Below are positions 16,464 through 25,919 of a stretch of 64,000 nucleotides of DNA, piece by piece. Position numbers and translations under genes: made by a program. Position 1 is the first letter of the stretch. Each line of letters begins with the position of its first letter. Origin of the DNA: Acidobacteriota bacterium (lineage in GTDB: Bacteria > Acidobacteriota > Blastocatellia > Pyrinomonadales > Pyrinomonadaceae); contig JADJWI010000004.1 in the NCBI GenBank assembly GCA_016716435.1, positions 37,045 through 101,044 on the forward strand. Reading direction: 5' to 3'. The notes under the pieces are model-generated. The model did no database searches, was not told the DNA's origin, and was given only the letters and a program-made list of their open reading frames with translations.

Positions 16464-19316
16464 ATGACCGGGTCGTACCTTGAAAGGCTTGTTCGCTCAT
16501 TCGAATCGCGGAGCGAACGCACCGCGATGCGGATCGTCGGCGATGACTCGCACGTTTACACGTTTGGCGAATCGCTTCGCATGATCCGCTCGGTCGCTTA
16601 CAGGATCGGGCAAGAGAATGTCGAGTTCGGCGACCGCGTCGTCGTAATGGGCGAGAATCATCCCTCGTGGGCCGTCGCTTACCTTGCCACGCTCTATCGC
16701 GGCTCGGTGTGTGTGCCGGTCGACCCGCACGGCGAGATCGAGACGGTCACCAATTTCCTCGAAAACTCCGAGGCAAAGCTCGCCTTTATCGATTCAGGTC
16801 AGGTCGACCGCTTCAAACAGATCGAAGAGAAGCTCGGGCGACACATACCCGCCGTCGTCTGGCAAACGAATGGGACCGAGCCCGACGTCAGTTCAAACGG
16901 ATTCCAGCCCTTTTCCGAGTGGGCCGCGACCGATTATCCCGAGAGCTTCGCTGCTGAAAGCCCAAAGGCCGCCGGCGAAGACATCGCGCTCCTTATCTAC
17001 ACCAGCGGCACGACCGGCACCCCTAAGGGCGTTCCGCTCACGCATGCCAACATCATCGCCGAACTCGACGGCATCAATAAGGTCCTCGAACTTTCCGAGC
17101 GCGAGCGAATATTGAGCTTGCTCCCGCTCTTTCACGCCTATTTGCAGATCGTAAATCTCTGGGTTGCAACGACTTATGGCTGCGAGGTCGGCTATCTTAA
17201 AGAGCTCTCGCCCGCCGAACTCGGCAACGCGATGAAAGAGTTCAAGCCGACGATCCTGACGACGGTCCCGCGGCTTTGGTATTTATTTCACAGCAAGATA
17301 TTTGACGCGGTCGAGGCGAAACCGGCCGCTGTTCAGGCCCTTTTCCGCACAATGCTCGCGACCAACGGAGCACTCCGCGATACGCTCGGCGTAAACCTAG
17401 GAAAAAAGCTTTTCGGCAAGGTGCACGAGTCCTTCGGCGGCGAACTCCGCATCGCGATCTCAGCTGGTTCACGGTTTGACGAAGATGTCGCCCGCGATTT
17501 TCACAAGCTTGGATTTACCATCTTGCAGGGCTACGGCCTGACCGAAACGAGCGGGGCCGCGACCGCGACATATGTCGACGACAATCGCATCGGTTCGGTC
17601 GGCAAGCCGATGTTCAATGCAGAGATCAAGATCGCCGACCCGGATAAAGACGGCGTCGGCGAGGTGCTGATCCGCGGCGAGATGGTCTTCGCGGGCTACT
17701 ACAAAAACCCTACCGCAACCGCTGATGCCTTTACCGACGACGGCTGGTTCCGTTCCGGCGACCTCGGCCGGATCGACAAGGACGGCCATCTGTTTATCGT
17801 CGGCCGCGGAAAAGATGTGATCGTCCTGCCGTCCGGCAAGAATGTGCACCCCGAAGACCTTGAGGTCCATTACCTGAAAGCTCCGGAGGTCGAAGAACTT
17901 GCGATAATCGGAGTCGAAGATAAGACCGAAAAGCGTGCCGGAGCTGAAAAGCTCGTCGCCGTTGTCATTCCTAATTTCGAATACCTGAAACAGGCAAAGC
18001 TCCCGAACTCGAAAGAAGCGGTCCGCTACGCTCTCGACAACCTCGGCCGTTCGCTGCCGGAGTATCAGCGCGTCCGCGAATACATCGTGCGGTCTGAACC
18101 ATTGCCGCGTACGGCGACAAGAAAGATCAAACGTTTTGAGCTTCGAAAAGAGGTCGAGACCGGTACACTTGCAAGCGGCTTAGCGGAAAAGAAAACTTGG
18201 CAGCTTACCGAAGGCGATCAAGTGCTTTTGAGTACCAATGTCGCCTCGACCGTGATCGCTTCGCTCCGCAAACACGCCAAAGATGCCGAGACGGTGTTTC
18301 ATCCGCAGATGAATCTCGAGATCGACCTAGGACTTGATTCGCTAGCCCGTGCCGAGGTTTTTGCCGCCCTCGAACAGGCATTCGAGACCGAATTTACTGC
18401 CGAGCAGGCGGCAAACGCACTGACCGTTGCGAATGTGATCGAGCTTGTCGGGCAGACGCCGAAAGGCCAGGCGGCGGCCAAAAATGATACAGCTATCAGC
18501 GCCGATCTCAATTGGTCAACGATCCTAAAAGGGGCGGACGATAATATTCCCGAGGTCGAAGCGATCCTCAAGAATCGTCCCGTGTTCATCGCGTTCGCTT
18601 TTATCTTCTATCGCTGTTTTAACCTTTTCTGCCGCGTTTTCATGCGGCTCGAGGTGACGGGCGTTGAGAACCTTCGGGCGATGCTGCCCGCCAATGGCGA
18701 AAAGCAGAAGCCGTTCCTGATCTGTCCGAACCACCAAAGCTTTCTCGACCCGTTCGTACTGTCGTCGAACTATCCATACGCGATCTTCAAGAATATTTTC
18801 CACGTTGGCGCCAGTATGTTCTTCGGCGGACGGATCATGAGCTTCGTCGCGGCAATGCTCAAGGTCGTCCCGATCGATCAGGACACGCAACTCTTGCGTG
18901 CAATGAAAGCCGGAGCCATCGGCCTAAAGAGCGGCCGCATCCTGAATATTTATCCGGAAGGCGAACGTGCCTTTGACGGCAAGCTCCACGACTTCAAGAA
19001 AGGTGCCGCCATCCTCGCCACCGAACTCGACCTGCCGATCATCCCGGTTGCGTTGGACGGCTTGCATAATGTTTGGGCCCGCAAATCGTGGCGGATCCGG
19101 CCGGCAAAGGTCAAGATTTTGATCGGTAAGCCATTTTATGCTCGCGACATTATCGGGAACGCAAAAGCGTTATCGACAGCTCCCGATGCAGATAACGCCA
19201 CGCCCGCCGTCTCCGGTTCACCGCTGACCGGCGAGGTGGCCTATGCGGCCGTAACTGCACACCTAAAGGCCGAGATCACCCAAATGATCGGCACATTGCG
19301 AACCTCGGCGAATTGA
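16464..19316 (+). CDS. Tri-domain acyl-AMP ligase / carrier (PP-binding) domain / PlsC-type lysophospholipid acyltransferase
   Basis: LIYTSGTTGTPKGV AMP-binding signature; LGLDSLARAEV with the Ser codon at 18339-18341; acyltransferase NHQSFLD (HX4D) and YPEGER blocks. Confidence 0.85.
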   Translation: MTGSYLERLVRSFESRSERTAMRIVGDDSHVYTFGESLRMIRSVAYRIGQENVEFGDRVVVMGENHPSWAVAYLATLYRGSVCVPVDPHGEIETVTNFLENSEAKLAFIDSGQVDRFKQIEEKLGRHIPAVVWQTNGTEPDVSSNGFQPFSEWAATDYPESFAAESPKAAGEDIALLIYTSGTTGTPKGVPLTHANIIAELDGINKVLELSERERILSLLPLFHAYLQIVNLWVATTYGCEVGYLKELSPAELGNAMKEFKPTILTTVPRLWYLFHSKIFDAVEAKPAAVQALFRTMLATNGALRDTLGVNLGKKLFGKVHESFGGELRIAISAGSRFDEDVARDFHKLGFTILQGYGLTETSGAATATYVDDNRIGSVGKPMFNAEIKIADPDKDGVGEVLIRGEMVFAGYYKNPTATADAFTDDGWFRSGDLGRIDKDGHLFIVGRGKDVIVLPSGKNVHPEDLEVHYLKAPEVEELAIIGVEDKTEKRAGAEKLVAVVIPNFEYLKQAKLPNSKEAVRYALDNLGRSLPEYQRVREYIVRSEPLPRTATRKIKRFELRKEVETGTLASGLAEKKTWQLTEGDQVLLSTNVASTVIASLRKHAKDAETVFHPQMNLEIDLGLDSLARAEVFAALEQAFETEFTAEQAANALTVANVIELVGQTPKGQAAAKNDTAISADLNWSTILKGADDNIPEVEAILKNRPVFIAFAFIFYRCFNLFCRVFMRLEVTGVENLRAMLPANGEKQKPFLICPNHQSFLDPFVLSSNYPYAIFKNIFHVGASMFFGGRIMSFVAAMLKVVPIDQDTQLLRAMKAGAIGLKSGRILNIYPEGERAFDGKLHDFKKGAAILATELDLPIIPVALDGLHNVWARKSWRIRPAKVKILIGKPFYARDIIGNAKALSTAPDADNATPAVSGSPLTGEVAYAAVTAHLKAEITQMIGTLRTSAN

Positions 19317-19601
19317 GCCTTAGAAGCGAGCACTTAACAAATGGCCGTGTCGTTCGAAATGCTGCAACGAACGAACATGGGATCTTGATTCCTTCCGCTA
19401 GGCAATATTCGGAATACGCCTCCGCAAATGCAATGGCCAACGCATCAGGAACGCTCACACCGATCCAACCGGGCGATGTGCCGGTCCGCTCGGACGTTGT
19501 ACTAGTGGTCGAGATAGCCCCCAACTAGCGACTTGTGAATAAGTGAAGATTCGGCGAGAATTCCGGTACCTGCTTTTATTTGGAACAACCGGAGGCCGAC
19601 C

Positions 19602-21515
19602 ATGCCAAAAACCGCAATTCTCGCCGCGATCCTTTTTTTCGCGTTCACATCATTCGCTCAGGCTCCGCAGCAGCAAACGGAGCTTGCTGCGTACATCAAA
19701 GCAAATTACACGAAGCGCGAAGTGATGGTGCCGGTCCGTGACGGCGTGAAGCTCTTCACGTCCATCTACGAACCAAAAGATCGCTCTCAGAAATACCCTA
19801 TACTTCTGAACCGGACCCCGTATTCGGTGCGGCCGTATGGTCCGGATGAGTTCCGGGCAACGCTCGGCCCGAACCCGCTTTTCGCCCGCGAGGGCTACAT
19901 TTTCGTTTATCAGGACGTCCGCGGCCGTTGGATGAGCGAGGGCGAGTTTGAGAATGCTCGGCCCGATATTGCAAATACAAAGCCGACCGAGATCGACGAA
20001 TCGACCGACACCTACGACACGATCGAGTGGCTTATCAAGAACGTTGAGGGTAACAACGGCCGGGTCGGAACTTATGGGATCTCATATCCGGGCTTTTACG
20101 TTTCGGCCGGAATGATCGATTCTCATCCGGCACTCAAGGCATGCTCGCCGCAGGCACCGGTCTCCGCTTGGTTCAATGGCGACGATATGCACCACAACGG
20201 AGCTTTATACCTCGCTCAGAACTTCGCCTTCTTCAGCAACTTCGGCCAGCCGCGACCGAGACCGGTCTCGGACAACTCCTACCTGACGCCTTGGAAGGGC
20301 CCTCAGGTCGTCGATGCCTATAACTATTTTCTGCAGGTCGGTGGGCTTAAGGAAGTGGCTGACGAATATGAGAAGAACCTCGGCTTTCGCATCAAGTTTT
20401 GGGACGAAATGATGGCCCGGCCGAACTACGATAGTTGGTGGAAAGAACGCAATATTCTCTACAAACTTAGGAACGTCAAGTGCGCGGTAATGACGGTCGG
20501 CGGTTGGTACGACAACGAGAATCTTTACGGTGCCCTCAAGGTCTATGAAAATGTCGAACGGATGAATCCCGGCATCTTTAACGTGCTCGTCGTCGGCCCG
20601 TGGGACCACGGTGGTTGGTCGCGTGCCGACGGGGACTGGCTTGGCACTGCATACTTTACCGAGAAGACCGGCGAACACTACCGCCGCAATATAGAAGTGC
20701 CGTTTTTCGACCACTTCCTCAAAGGCAAGGGCAGCATCGACCAGATAAAGGAAGTGAACGCCTTCGACACAGGTGCCGACTCATGGCGAAGCTTTGCCGC
20801 CTATGAACCTGACAATGGAACGGACACGGCTCTGTACCTGACCCCGAATGGCGGGCTCTCGTTTGAACGGCCGGCTGTCTCCGGCCATGATGAATACATC
20901 TCCGACCCGATGCGTCCGGTTCCCTACACGCAAAAGATCACTCGAAACTACCCGCGGGACTACATGACCGAGGATCAGCGTTTTGCCTCCACCCGGCCAG
21001 ACGTTCTGGTTTATCAGACCGAGCCGCTCGACCGCGACATCACTGTCGCCGGCAACATAAAGCCATCGCTTACGATCGCATCTTCGGGCACCGATTCAGA
21101 TTTTATCGTTAAGCTGATCGACGTTCATCCCGATGGCTATCGCTTTCCTGAAGGCAAGCGGCCGCCGGAGAACTCGGCATGGTCGGTCTTTCAGCCCGGC
21201 GGCTACCAGATGTTGCTCCGCGGCGAACCGATGCCGGCCCGTTTCCGCAACAGCTTTGAGAAACCCCAGCCACTCGCTCCGAATCAGCCGACCCGGCTTT
21301 CTTTTGTGATGCCCGGCGTTACGCACACATTCAAGAAAGGCCATCGGATAATGATCCATATCCAGAGCACCTGGTTCCCGCTCGTTGCACGAAATCCGCA
21401 GCAATACTTGGAAAATTACAAACTCGGCACGCAAGCCGATTTCCGGAAGGTCAGCAACCGCGTCTATTTCGGCGGCGGCCAAAGCTCGGCGATCGTTATT
21501 CCGGTAATGAAATAG
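19602..21515 (+). CDS. Secreted CocE/NonD (S15, X-Pro dipeptidyl-peptidase-like) hydrolase
   Basis: Signal peptide MPKTAILAAILFFAFTSFAQA; GISYPGF nucleophile elbow; ~640-aa architecture. Confidence 0.8.
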   Translation: MPKTAILAAILFFAFTSFAQAPQQQTELAAYIKANYTKREVMVPVRDGVKLFTSIYEPKDRSQKYPILLNRTPYSVRPYGPDEFRATLGPNPLFAREGYIFVYQDVRGRWMSEGEFENARPDIANTKPTEIDESTDTYDTIEWLIKNVEGNNGRVGTYGISYPGFYVSAGMIDSHPALKACSPQAPVSAWFNGDDMHHNGALYLAQNFAFFSNFGQPRPRPVSDNSYLTPWKGPQVVDAYNYFLQVGGLKEVADEYEKNLGFRIKFWDEMMARPNYDSWWKERNILYKLRNVKCAVMTVGGWYDNENLYGALKVYENVERMNPGIFNVLVVGPWDHGGWSRADGDWLGTAYFTEKTGEHYRRNIEVPFFDHFLKGKGSIDQIKEVNAFDTGADSWRSFAAYEPDNGTDTALYLTPNGGLSFERPAVSGHDEYISDPMRPVPYTQKITRNYPRDYMTEDQRFASTRPDVLVYQTEPLDRDITVAGNIKPSLTIASSGTDSDFIVKLIDVHPDGYRFPEGKRPPENSAWSVFQPGGYQMLLRGEPMPARFRNSFEKPQPLAPNQPTRLSFVMPGVTHTFKKGHRIMIHIQSTWFPLVARNPQQYLENYKLGTQADFRKVSNRVYFGGGQSSAIVIPVMK

Positions 21516-21561
21516 TCACGGGCCGGTTGCGAACGGCTCGGAAAAAAATAGAATTGAGGAT

Positions 21562-21930
21562 ATGCCAGCTACAGCGATTCTTTTCGGAAGGCTTTTGATC
21601 CTGCTTGGGATCATTGGTTACGGTTATGGCGTCTATACCGGCTCGGCGAGCTTTACGGCTCTGATACCGGCCGTCTTTGGTTTGATCCTGATGGTGCTCG
21701 GTCACATCGCAAGCTCGAATGAGGGCTTGCGTAAGCACATAATGCATGCTGCGGTCGTCGTCGGCCTCCTCGGCTTCCTGCTTCCGGCGGGCCGAATACT
21801 CTCGACAATCGGTAGCTTCAAGTTCTCATTCGCTGCTGCGATGCTGATTCTTATGGCACTGCTTTGCGGAGCATTTGTCGCTCTCGCGGTGAAGTCCTTT
21901 ATTGATGCCCGCCGTTCAGGGGCAGTTTGA
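21562..21930 (+). CDS. Small four-helix membrane protein
   Basis: 122-aa ORF, strongly hydrophobic. Its 3' end overlaps the convergent kinase gene by ~30 nt. Confidence 0.5.
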   Translation: MPATAILFGRLLILLGIIGYGYGVYTGSASFTALIPAVFGLILMVLGHIASSNEGLRKHIMHAAVVVGLLGFLLPAGRILSTIGSFKFSFAAAMLILMALLCGAFVALAVKSFIDARRSGAV

Positions 21931-23275
21931 TTTCGACCTCAAGGCCGCCGTTCAAGTTGCGGGCAGCGACGGTTCCGGCGTGGGCGTGAACTGCCTGTTC
22001 GGTGATCGCAAGCCCGAGGCCTGTGCCGCCGCTTCCGCGGTCGCGGGCCTCGCTGACCCTGTAAAAGGGCCGGAAGAGATTCTTTAGCTGCTCTTCGGGC
22101 ACGCCGCCTCCGTGGTCTCGGACGACTATACGGGCGTTTCCGTTCTTGGCTTCAAGTTCGACCTCGACGGTAGTTTCCGGCTGCGTATATTTCAATGCGT
22201 TTCGGAGAACATTCTCGACCGCACTCCGCAACAGGCTCTCGCTTCCATGCAGGTTGCATTCATCGAGCTTCACTACCTTGACCGAACGCCCTTTCGCCGC
22301 CGCTTCAAATTGAGCATCCGCCGCAACCTGCTCGACCAATTTGCGCAGATTCACAGGTGTCCGTTCAAACTCATCGGTGCCCGTTTCAAGCCTCGAGAGT
22401 GTCAGAAGCCGTCCGATCATTTCATTGAGCCGGTTCGATTCTGTCTCGATCCGATCGAGGCTCGGATGTGTCTCGTTGTTCGCTTTCTTTTTGGCGATCT
22501 CAAGTGCCACATTGAGCCGGGCGAGCGGTGAACGCAGTTCGTGTGAGATGTCTCGCGAGAGCGTCTTCTGCGAATTGATCAGCGATTCGATCCGCTCGGC
22601 CATCAGGTCGAAGTCGCGCGCAAGGCCCGAGAGCTCATCGCCCCGCCGGCCGACGCGGTCGGCAACCCGCGTATCAAGCTCGCCATCAGCAAGCCGCTGG
22701 GCAGCCTCGCGGAGCTTTCGGATCGGCGATGTAAGGTAAAGTGCAAGCAGATAGCAAACGATCAACGCCGTGATCAGAAGCCCGATCCAGCGAGCGTATC
22801 GGAGCCGCGTTTCGCCGAAAACCTGTACCGGCTGCGGCCGCGTCCAGCGGATTATCAAGGTATATTCCGTCCCTTCTGAGGTCTGGAATTGTCGGGCCGC
22901 AAGCGCCGATTCTGACGAATTCAATTCAAGCTCTACTTCACGGCTCTGCATCGTCCGCCCGACAAGTTCCTGATAACCCGAAAGGTCGTCCACATCCGCA
23001 AAAACGACGGTACCGTCCTTGCCTACAATGTCAATTTCGGTGATCGTCGTGCCGGTGCGGAGCCGGTCAAGAAACGTGCGCAGCCCCGTAATTCCCTGCT
23101 GCTCATAGATCTGCCCGGCGGTGTCGGCATAGATGCCGGTTTGGTTGCGGATAGAGACCTGCCAGCGGCTGACGACCGGCTCGGTCTGGATGGTCCAGTT
23201 CAAAAAGATGATCACGCCGATCATCAAGGCGATCGCCGCAAGGAACCAAAGGAAGATCTTGAAAAATAGGTTCAT
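21899..23275 (-). CDS. Sensor histidine kinase (two TM helices, HAMP, HisKA, HATPase; CpxA/BaeS-like)
   Basis: H-box SHELRSPLARL; N box LRNALKYT; G boxes DHGGGVP and GTGLGLAI. Confidence 0.9.
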   Translation of the reverse strand: MNLFFKIFLWFLAAIALMIGVIIFLNWTIQTEPVVSRWQVSIRNQTGIYADTAGQIYEQQGITGLRTFLDRLRTGTTITEIDIVGKDGTVVFADVDDLSGYQELVGRTMQSREVELELNSSESALAARQFQTSEGTEYTLIIRWTRPQPVQVFGETRLRYARWIGLLITALIVCYLLALYLTSPIRKLREAAQRLADGELDTRVADRVGRRGDELSGLARDFDLMAERIESLINSQKTLSRDISHELRSPLARLNVALEIAKKKANNETHPSLDRIETESNRLNEMIGRLLTLSRLETGTDEFERTPVNLRKLVEQVAADAQFEAAAKGRSVKVVKLDECNLHGSESLLRSAVENVLRNALKYTQPETTVEVELEAKNGNARIVVRDHGGGVPEEQLKNLFRPFYRVSEARDRGSGGTGLGLAITEQAVHAHAGTVAARNLNGGLEVEIKLPLNGGHQ

Positions 23276-23964
23276 ACGACCGTGTAAATATAGCCGACGC
23301 TCCGGACCGTTTTTATCCGGTCGCTGCCATTTGGCCGCTGGCCAAGCTTTTTCCGCAGGTTGCTGATGTGCATATCAAGGCTGCGGTCATAGGGCGAAAG
23401 CTCGCGTTCGAGCACTTTCTCGCTAAGATCTTCACGCTTTACGACGTTGCCCGCTTCCCGCATCAGCGCGGCTAGCAGATCAAACTCGACCGAGGTCAGC
23501 GGCAGATCGTCGCCGGCAAGCTTTGCCGAACGCGAAGCAGGCGCAAGTTCGAGGTCGCCAACAGTGATATTCTCCGGAAGCCCGGCACCGGCCTCTGCCG
23601 AAGTGCGGCGGAGCACTGCCTTTAGACGCGCAAGCAGTTCCCGCGGATTGAAAGGTTTTGGCAGATAATCATCCGCCCCGATCTCAAGCCCGACGATCCG
23701 CTCGGTCTCCTCGCCGCGGGCCGTTAGCATAAGCACCGGCAGGCTCGATTCTTTTCTCAGATTGCGCAGAACGTCGAAGCCGCTCATCTTTGGCAACATC
23801 ACATCAAGCACCATCATTTCGTGCTCATTTGTGAGAGCCCGCTTTAAGCCGCTTTCGCCGTCGTGAGCGCACTCGGTCTCGAAGCCTTCGGCACCGAGAT
23901 ATTCACTGACCAGCTCGCAAAGCTCGTCGTCGTCGTCAACGATCAGGATCTTGCTCATTTCCAA
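23272..23964 (-). CDS. OmpR-family response regulator (CpxR-like)
   Basis: Receiver domain (MMVLDVMLP, LPKPF) plus a winged-helix C-terminus (KTVRSVGYIY). Overlaps the kinase start by 4 nt. Confidence 0.92.
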   Translation of the reverse strand: MEMSKILIVDDDDELCELVSEYLGAEGFETECAHDGESGLKRALTNEHEMMVLDVMLPKMSGFDVLRNLRKESSLPVLMLTARGEETERIVGLEIGADDYLPKPFNPRELLARLKAVLRRTSAEAGAGLPENITVGDLELAPASRSAKLAGDDLPLTSVEFDLLAALMREAGNVVKREDLSEKVLERELSPYDRSLDMHISNLRKKLGQRPNGSDRIKTVRSVGYIYTVV

Positions 23965-24003
23965 TTGCGATTCTACGCCAAATAAACCCCTTACGCATCA
24001 AGG

Positions 24004-24018
24004 TTTACAAATCTTTAC
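24004..24018 (-). promoter_or_regulatory. Candidate response-regulator box GTAAA-N5-GTAAA
   Basis: The minus strand reads gtaaagatttgtaaa. It lies in the divergent spacer, 40-55 nt upstream of the regulator ATG and ~105 nt upstream of the Spy-like ATG. Confidence 0.55.
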
Positions 24019-24121
24019 GAGAACGCGGTGCTTCCTTACATACGCGGCCGCAATGTTTGCCGTCTAACGTACAGAGCGGAAAAACGTCCGCGAGATATTA
24101 CGAACGGAAAAGGAAGTACAC

Positions 24122-24634
24122 ATGAAAAAGGTAAACATAGCAATTCTCGGCATCGCGATCTTGGGTATCGGAGCGATCTTCGCTTTTGCACAGATGGGCG
24201 ACGGAACAGGAAAACATGCCGATGGCAAAAAGCGTTGGGGCAAGGGCGGAATGCATAGGATGCACCGCGGCGGAAAGGGCATGGGAATGAACCTTCGCGG
24301 CCTTGACCTGACAGATGCTCAGAAGGAGCAGGTAAAGGCGATCCATGAGGCCGCAAAGCCGACGATGGAACCGTTCAAACAGGCAATGAAGGAAAATCGA
24401 ATGAAATTCCGCGAAGCCAAGCAGAACGGAGCCGATGAGGCAACGCTGACCGCAATCAAGAATGAAATAGCTCCGATCCGCGAACAGATGAAGGTTCAGC
24501 ACGAGGTTGTGAAGTCGCAGATCATGGCGATCCTGACCGAAGAGCAGAAAGCTACGCTTGCCGAACGCGAAGCAAAGCGGGCTGAGCGAAGGGCCGGCCG
24601 CAAGGCTGATCGCGAAGCAAAGTCGCAGGAATAG
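24122..24634 (+). CDS. Spy/CpxP-family periplasmic protein
   Basis: Signal peptide, two LTxxQ motifs (LDLTDAQKEQV, ILTEEQKATL) and a highly charged helical composition. Confidence 0.8.
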   Translation: MKKVNIAILGIAILGIGAIFAFAQMGDGTGKHADGKKRWGKGGMHRMHRGGKGMGMNLRGLDLTDAQKEQVKAIHEAAKPTMEPFKQAMKENRMKFREAKQNGADEATLTAIKNEIAPIREQMKVQHEVVKSQIMAILTEEQKATLAEREAKRAERRAGRKADREAKSQE

Positions 24635-24658
24635 TCCTCCTTCAGCCGAAGGATATTT

Positions 24659-24693
24659 GCCTCGGGGCCTCGGGCCTCGGGGCGTTTTTTTTT
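24659..24693 (+). terminator. Intrinsic terminator after the Spy-like gene
   Basis: An 11-bp stem (24659-24669 with 24673-24683, two G-U pairs) is followed by T9 (24685-24693). Confidence 0.6.
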
Positions 24694-24696
24694 GTG

Positions 24697-25845
24697 CTAT
24701 ACCCGCCGTCCGCCGATGAAAACCGCAGCGACGTTCATCTCAGTGTCGAGGACGACCAGATCACCTCGCTTGCCTGCCGCGATACTGCCCATCTCGTCTG
24801 ATCGCCCAAGAAGCCTCGCCGGGTTCCGCGAAGCCATTGTGGCAATCTCCGACATCGAGAACCTGAGCGATGCTGCCATTTTTACTGCGTCGAGCATTGT
24901 GATGACCGAACCCGCAATGCTGCCGCGTTCATTCTGAGTCCGGCCGTTCTCGACCGTGACCCGCTCGCCCCAAAGTTCGAACGTGCCGTCGCCGAGCCCG
25001 GTCGGTGCGACGGAATCCGAGATCAACGAAACCCGCTCTGGCGATTTCGCCCGGCACGCAAACTCGACCATCCGCTGATCGACGTGGATGCCATCAGCGA
25101 TGATGTCAAAGGTCACATCCTCGCGCGTCAGCGCCCATCCGGCGACGCCGACCTCGCGGTGGTGAACGCCGGTCATCGCGTTGAAAAAATGCGTCAAGTG
25201 CCGCCCGCCCGCCTCGAACGCAGCGTCAAGCGTTTCGACGTCAGCCTTCGTATGTCCGATCGAGACGACCCAACCGGCAGCGATCAAAGCCTTCACCAAT
25301 TCAACGCCGCCTTCGACCTCGGGAGCCAGCGTCGTAATATGAACGCCGCTCTGCAGCCTGGGCAGCTCGCGAACCTCGGAACCTGTGAACCGCTTGAAAA
25401 ACTCCGGCCTAAGGGCTCCGCACATCTTTTCATTGGCAAAAACGCCTTCGTAATGAACGCCGACGATCTGCGCGATCGGCATCTCAGCCTGCATCGCCAT
25501 AACGCGGTCGATCTCACCGATCACTCGTGCATAATTTTCATCCGCATCCGGCACAAGCGTCGGCAACCACGCAGTAACGCCGTGCCCGGCCAAAAACTCT
25601 CCGACCGCGATCAGCCCATCGGCATCCGCCGCGTTGACGTCAGTGCCAACGGCTCCGTGGTTATGCACATCAATAAAGCCCGGAAAAAGCGTACCGCCCG
25701 CGGCGTCAAAGGCCTCGATCGCTGTTTCGTCAAGCTCTCCGTGGCCGACCGCCGCAATGCGGCCATCCTCGACAAGCACCCAGCCATCTGGCCGCTCGCT
25801 GCCGCTATCGGCGATCACGGCGTTTGTTATCAGCACCGAATTCAT
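24697..25845 (-). CDS. nagA: N-acetylglucosamine-6-phosphate deacetylase
   Basis: GFIDVHNHG metal-binding motif; 382 aa; amidohydrolase-fold layout. Confidence 0.88.
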   Translation of the reverse strand: MNSVLITNAVIADSGSERPDGWVLVEDGRIAAVGHGELDETAIEAFDAAGGTLFPGFIDVHNHGAVGTDVNAADADGLIAVGEFLAGHGVTAWLPTLVPDADENYARVIGEIDRVMAMQAEMPIAQIVGVHYEGVFANEKMCGALRPEFFKRFTGSEVRELPRLQSGVHITTLAPEVEGGVELVKALIAAGWVVSIGHTKADVETLDAAFEAGGRHLTHFFNAMTGVHHREVGVAGWALTREDVTFDIIADGIHVDQRMVEFACRAKSPERVSLISDSVAPTGLGDGTFELWGERVTVENGRTQNERGSIAGSVITMLDAVKMAASLRFSMSEIATMASRNPARLLGRSDEMGSIAAGKRGDLVVLDTEMNVAAVFIGGRRV

Positions 25846-25919
25846 AAATTGATTCTACAAAAGAAAAATGCCCGCGTCGCCGTAAAGCAAACGCGGGCAA
25901 GTCTTATCAAACAGCCGGA

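Noticed and set aside
19317-19601. 285-nt gap between the acyl ligase and the S15 peptidase as a possible small RNA, including a 7-bp hairpin tcgttcg/cgaacga at ~19350-19375
   Set aside because: I recognised no match to tmRNA, SRP, 6S, RNase P or riboswitch cores. There is no T run after the hairpin. The evidence is insufficient.
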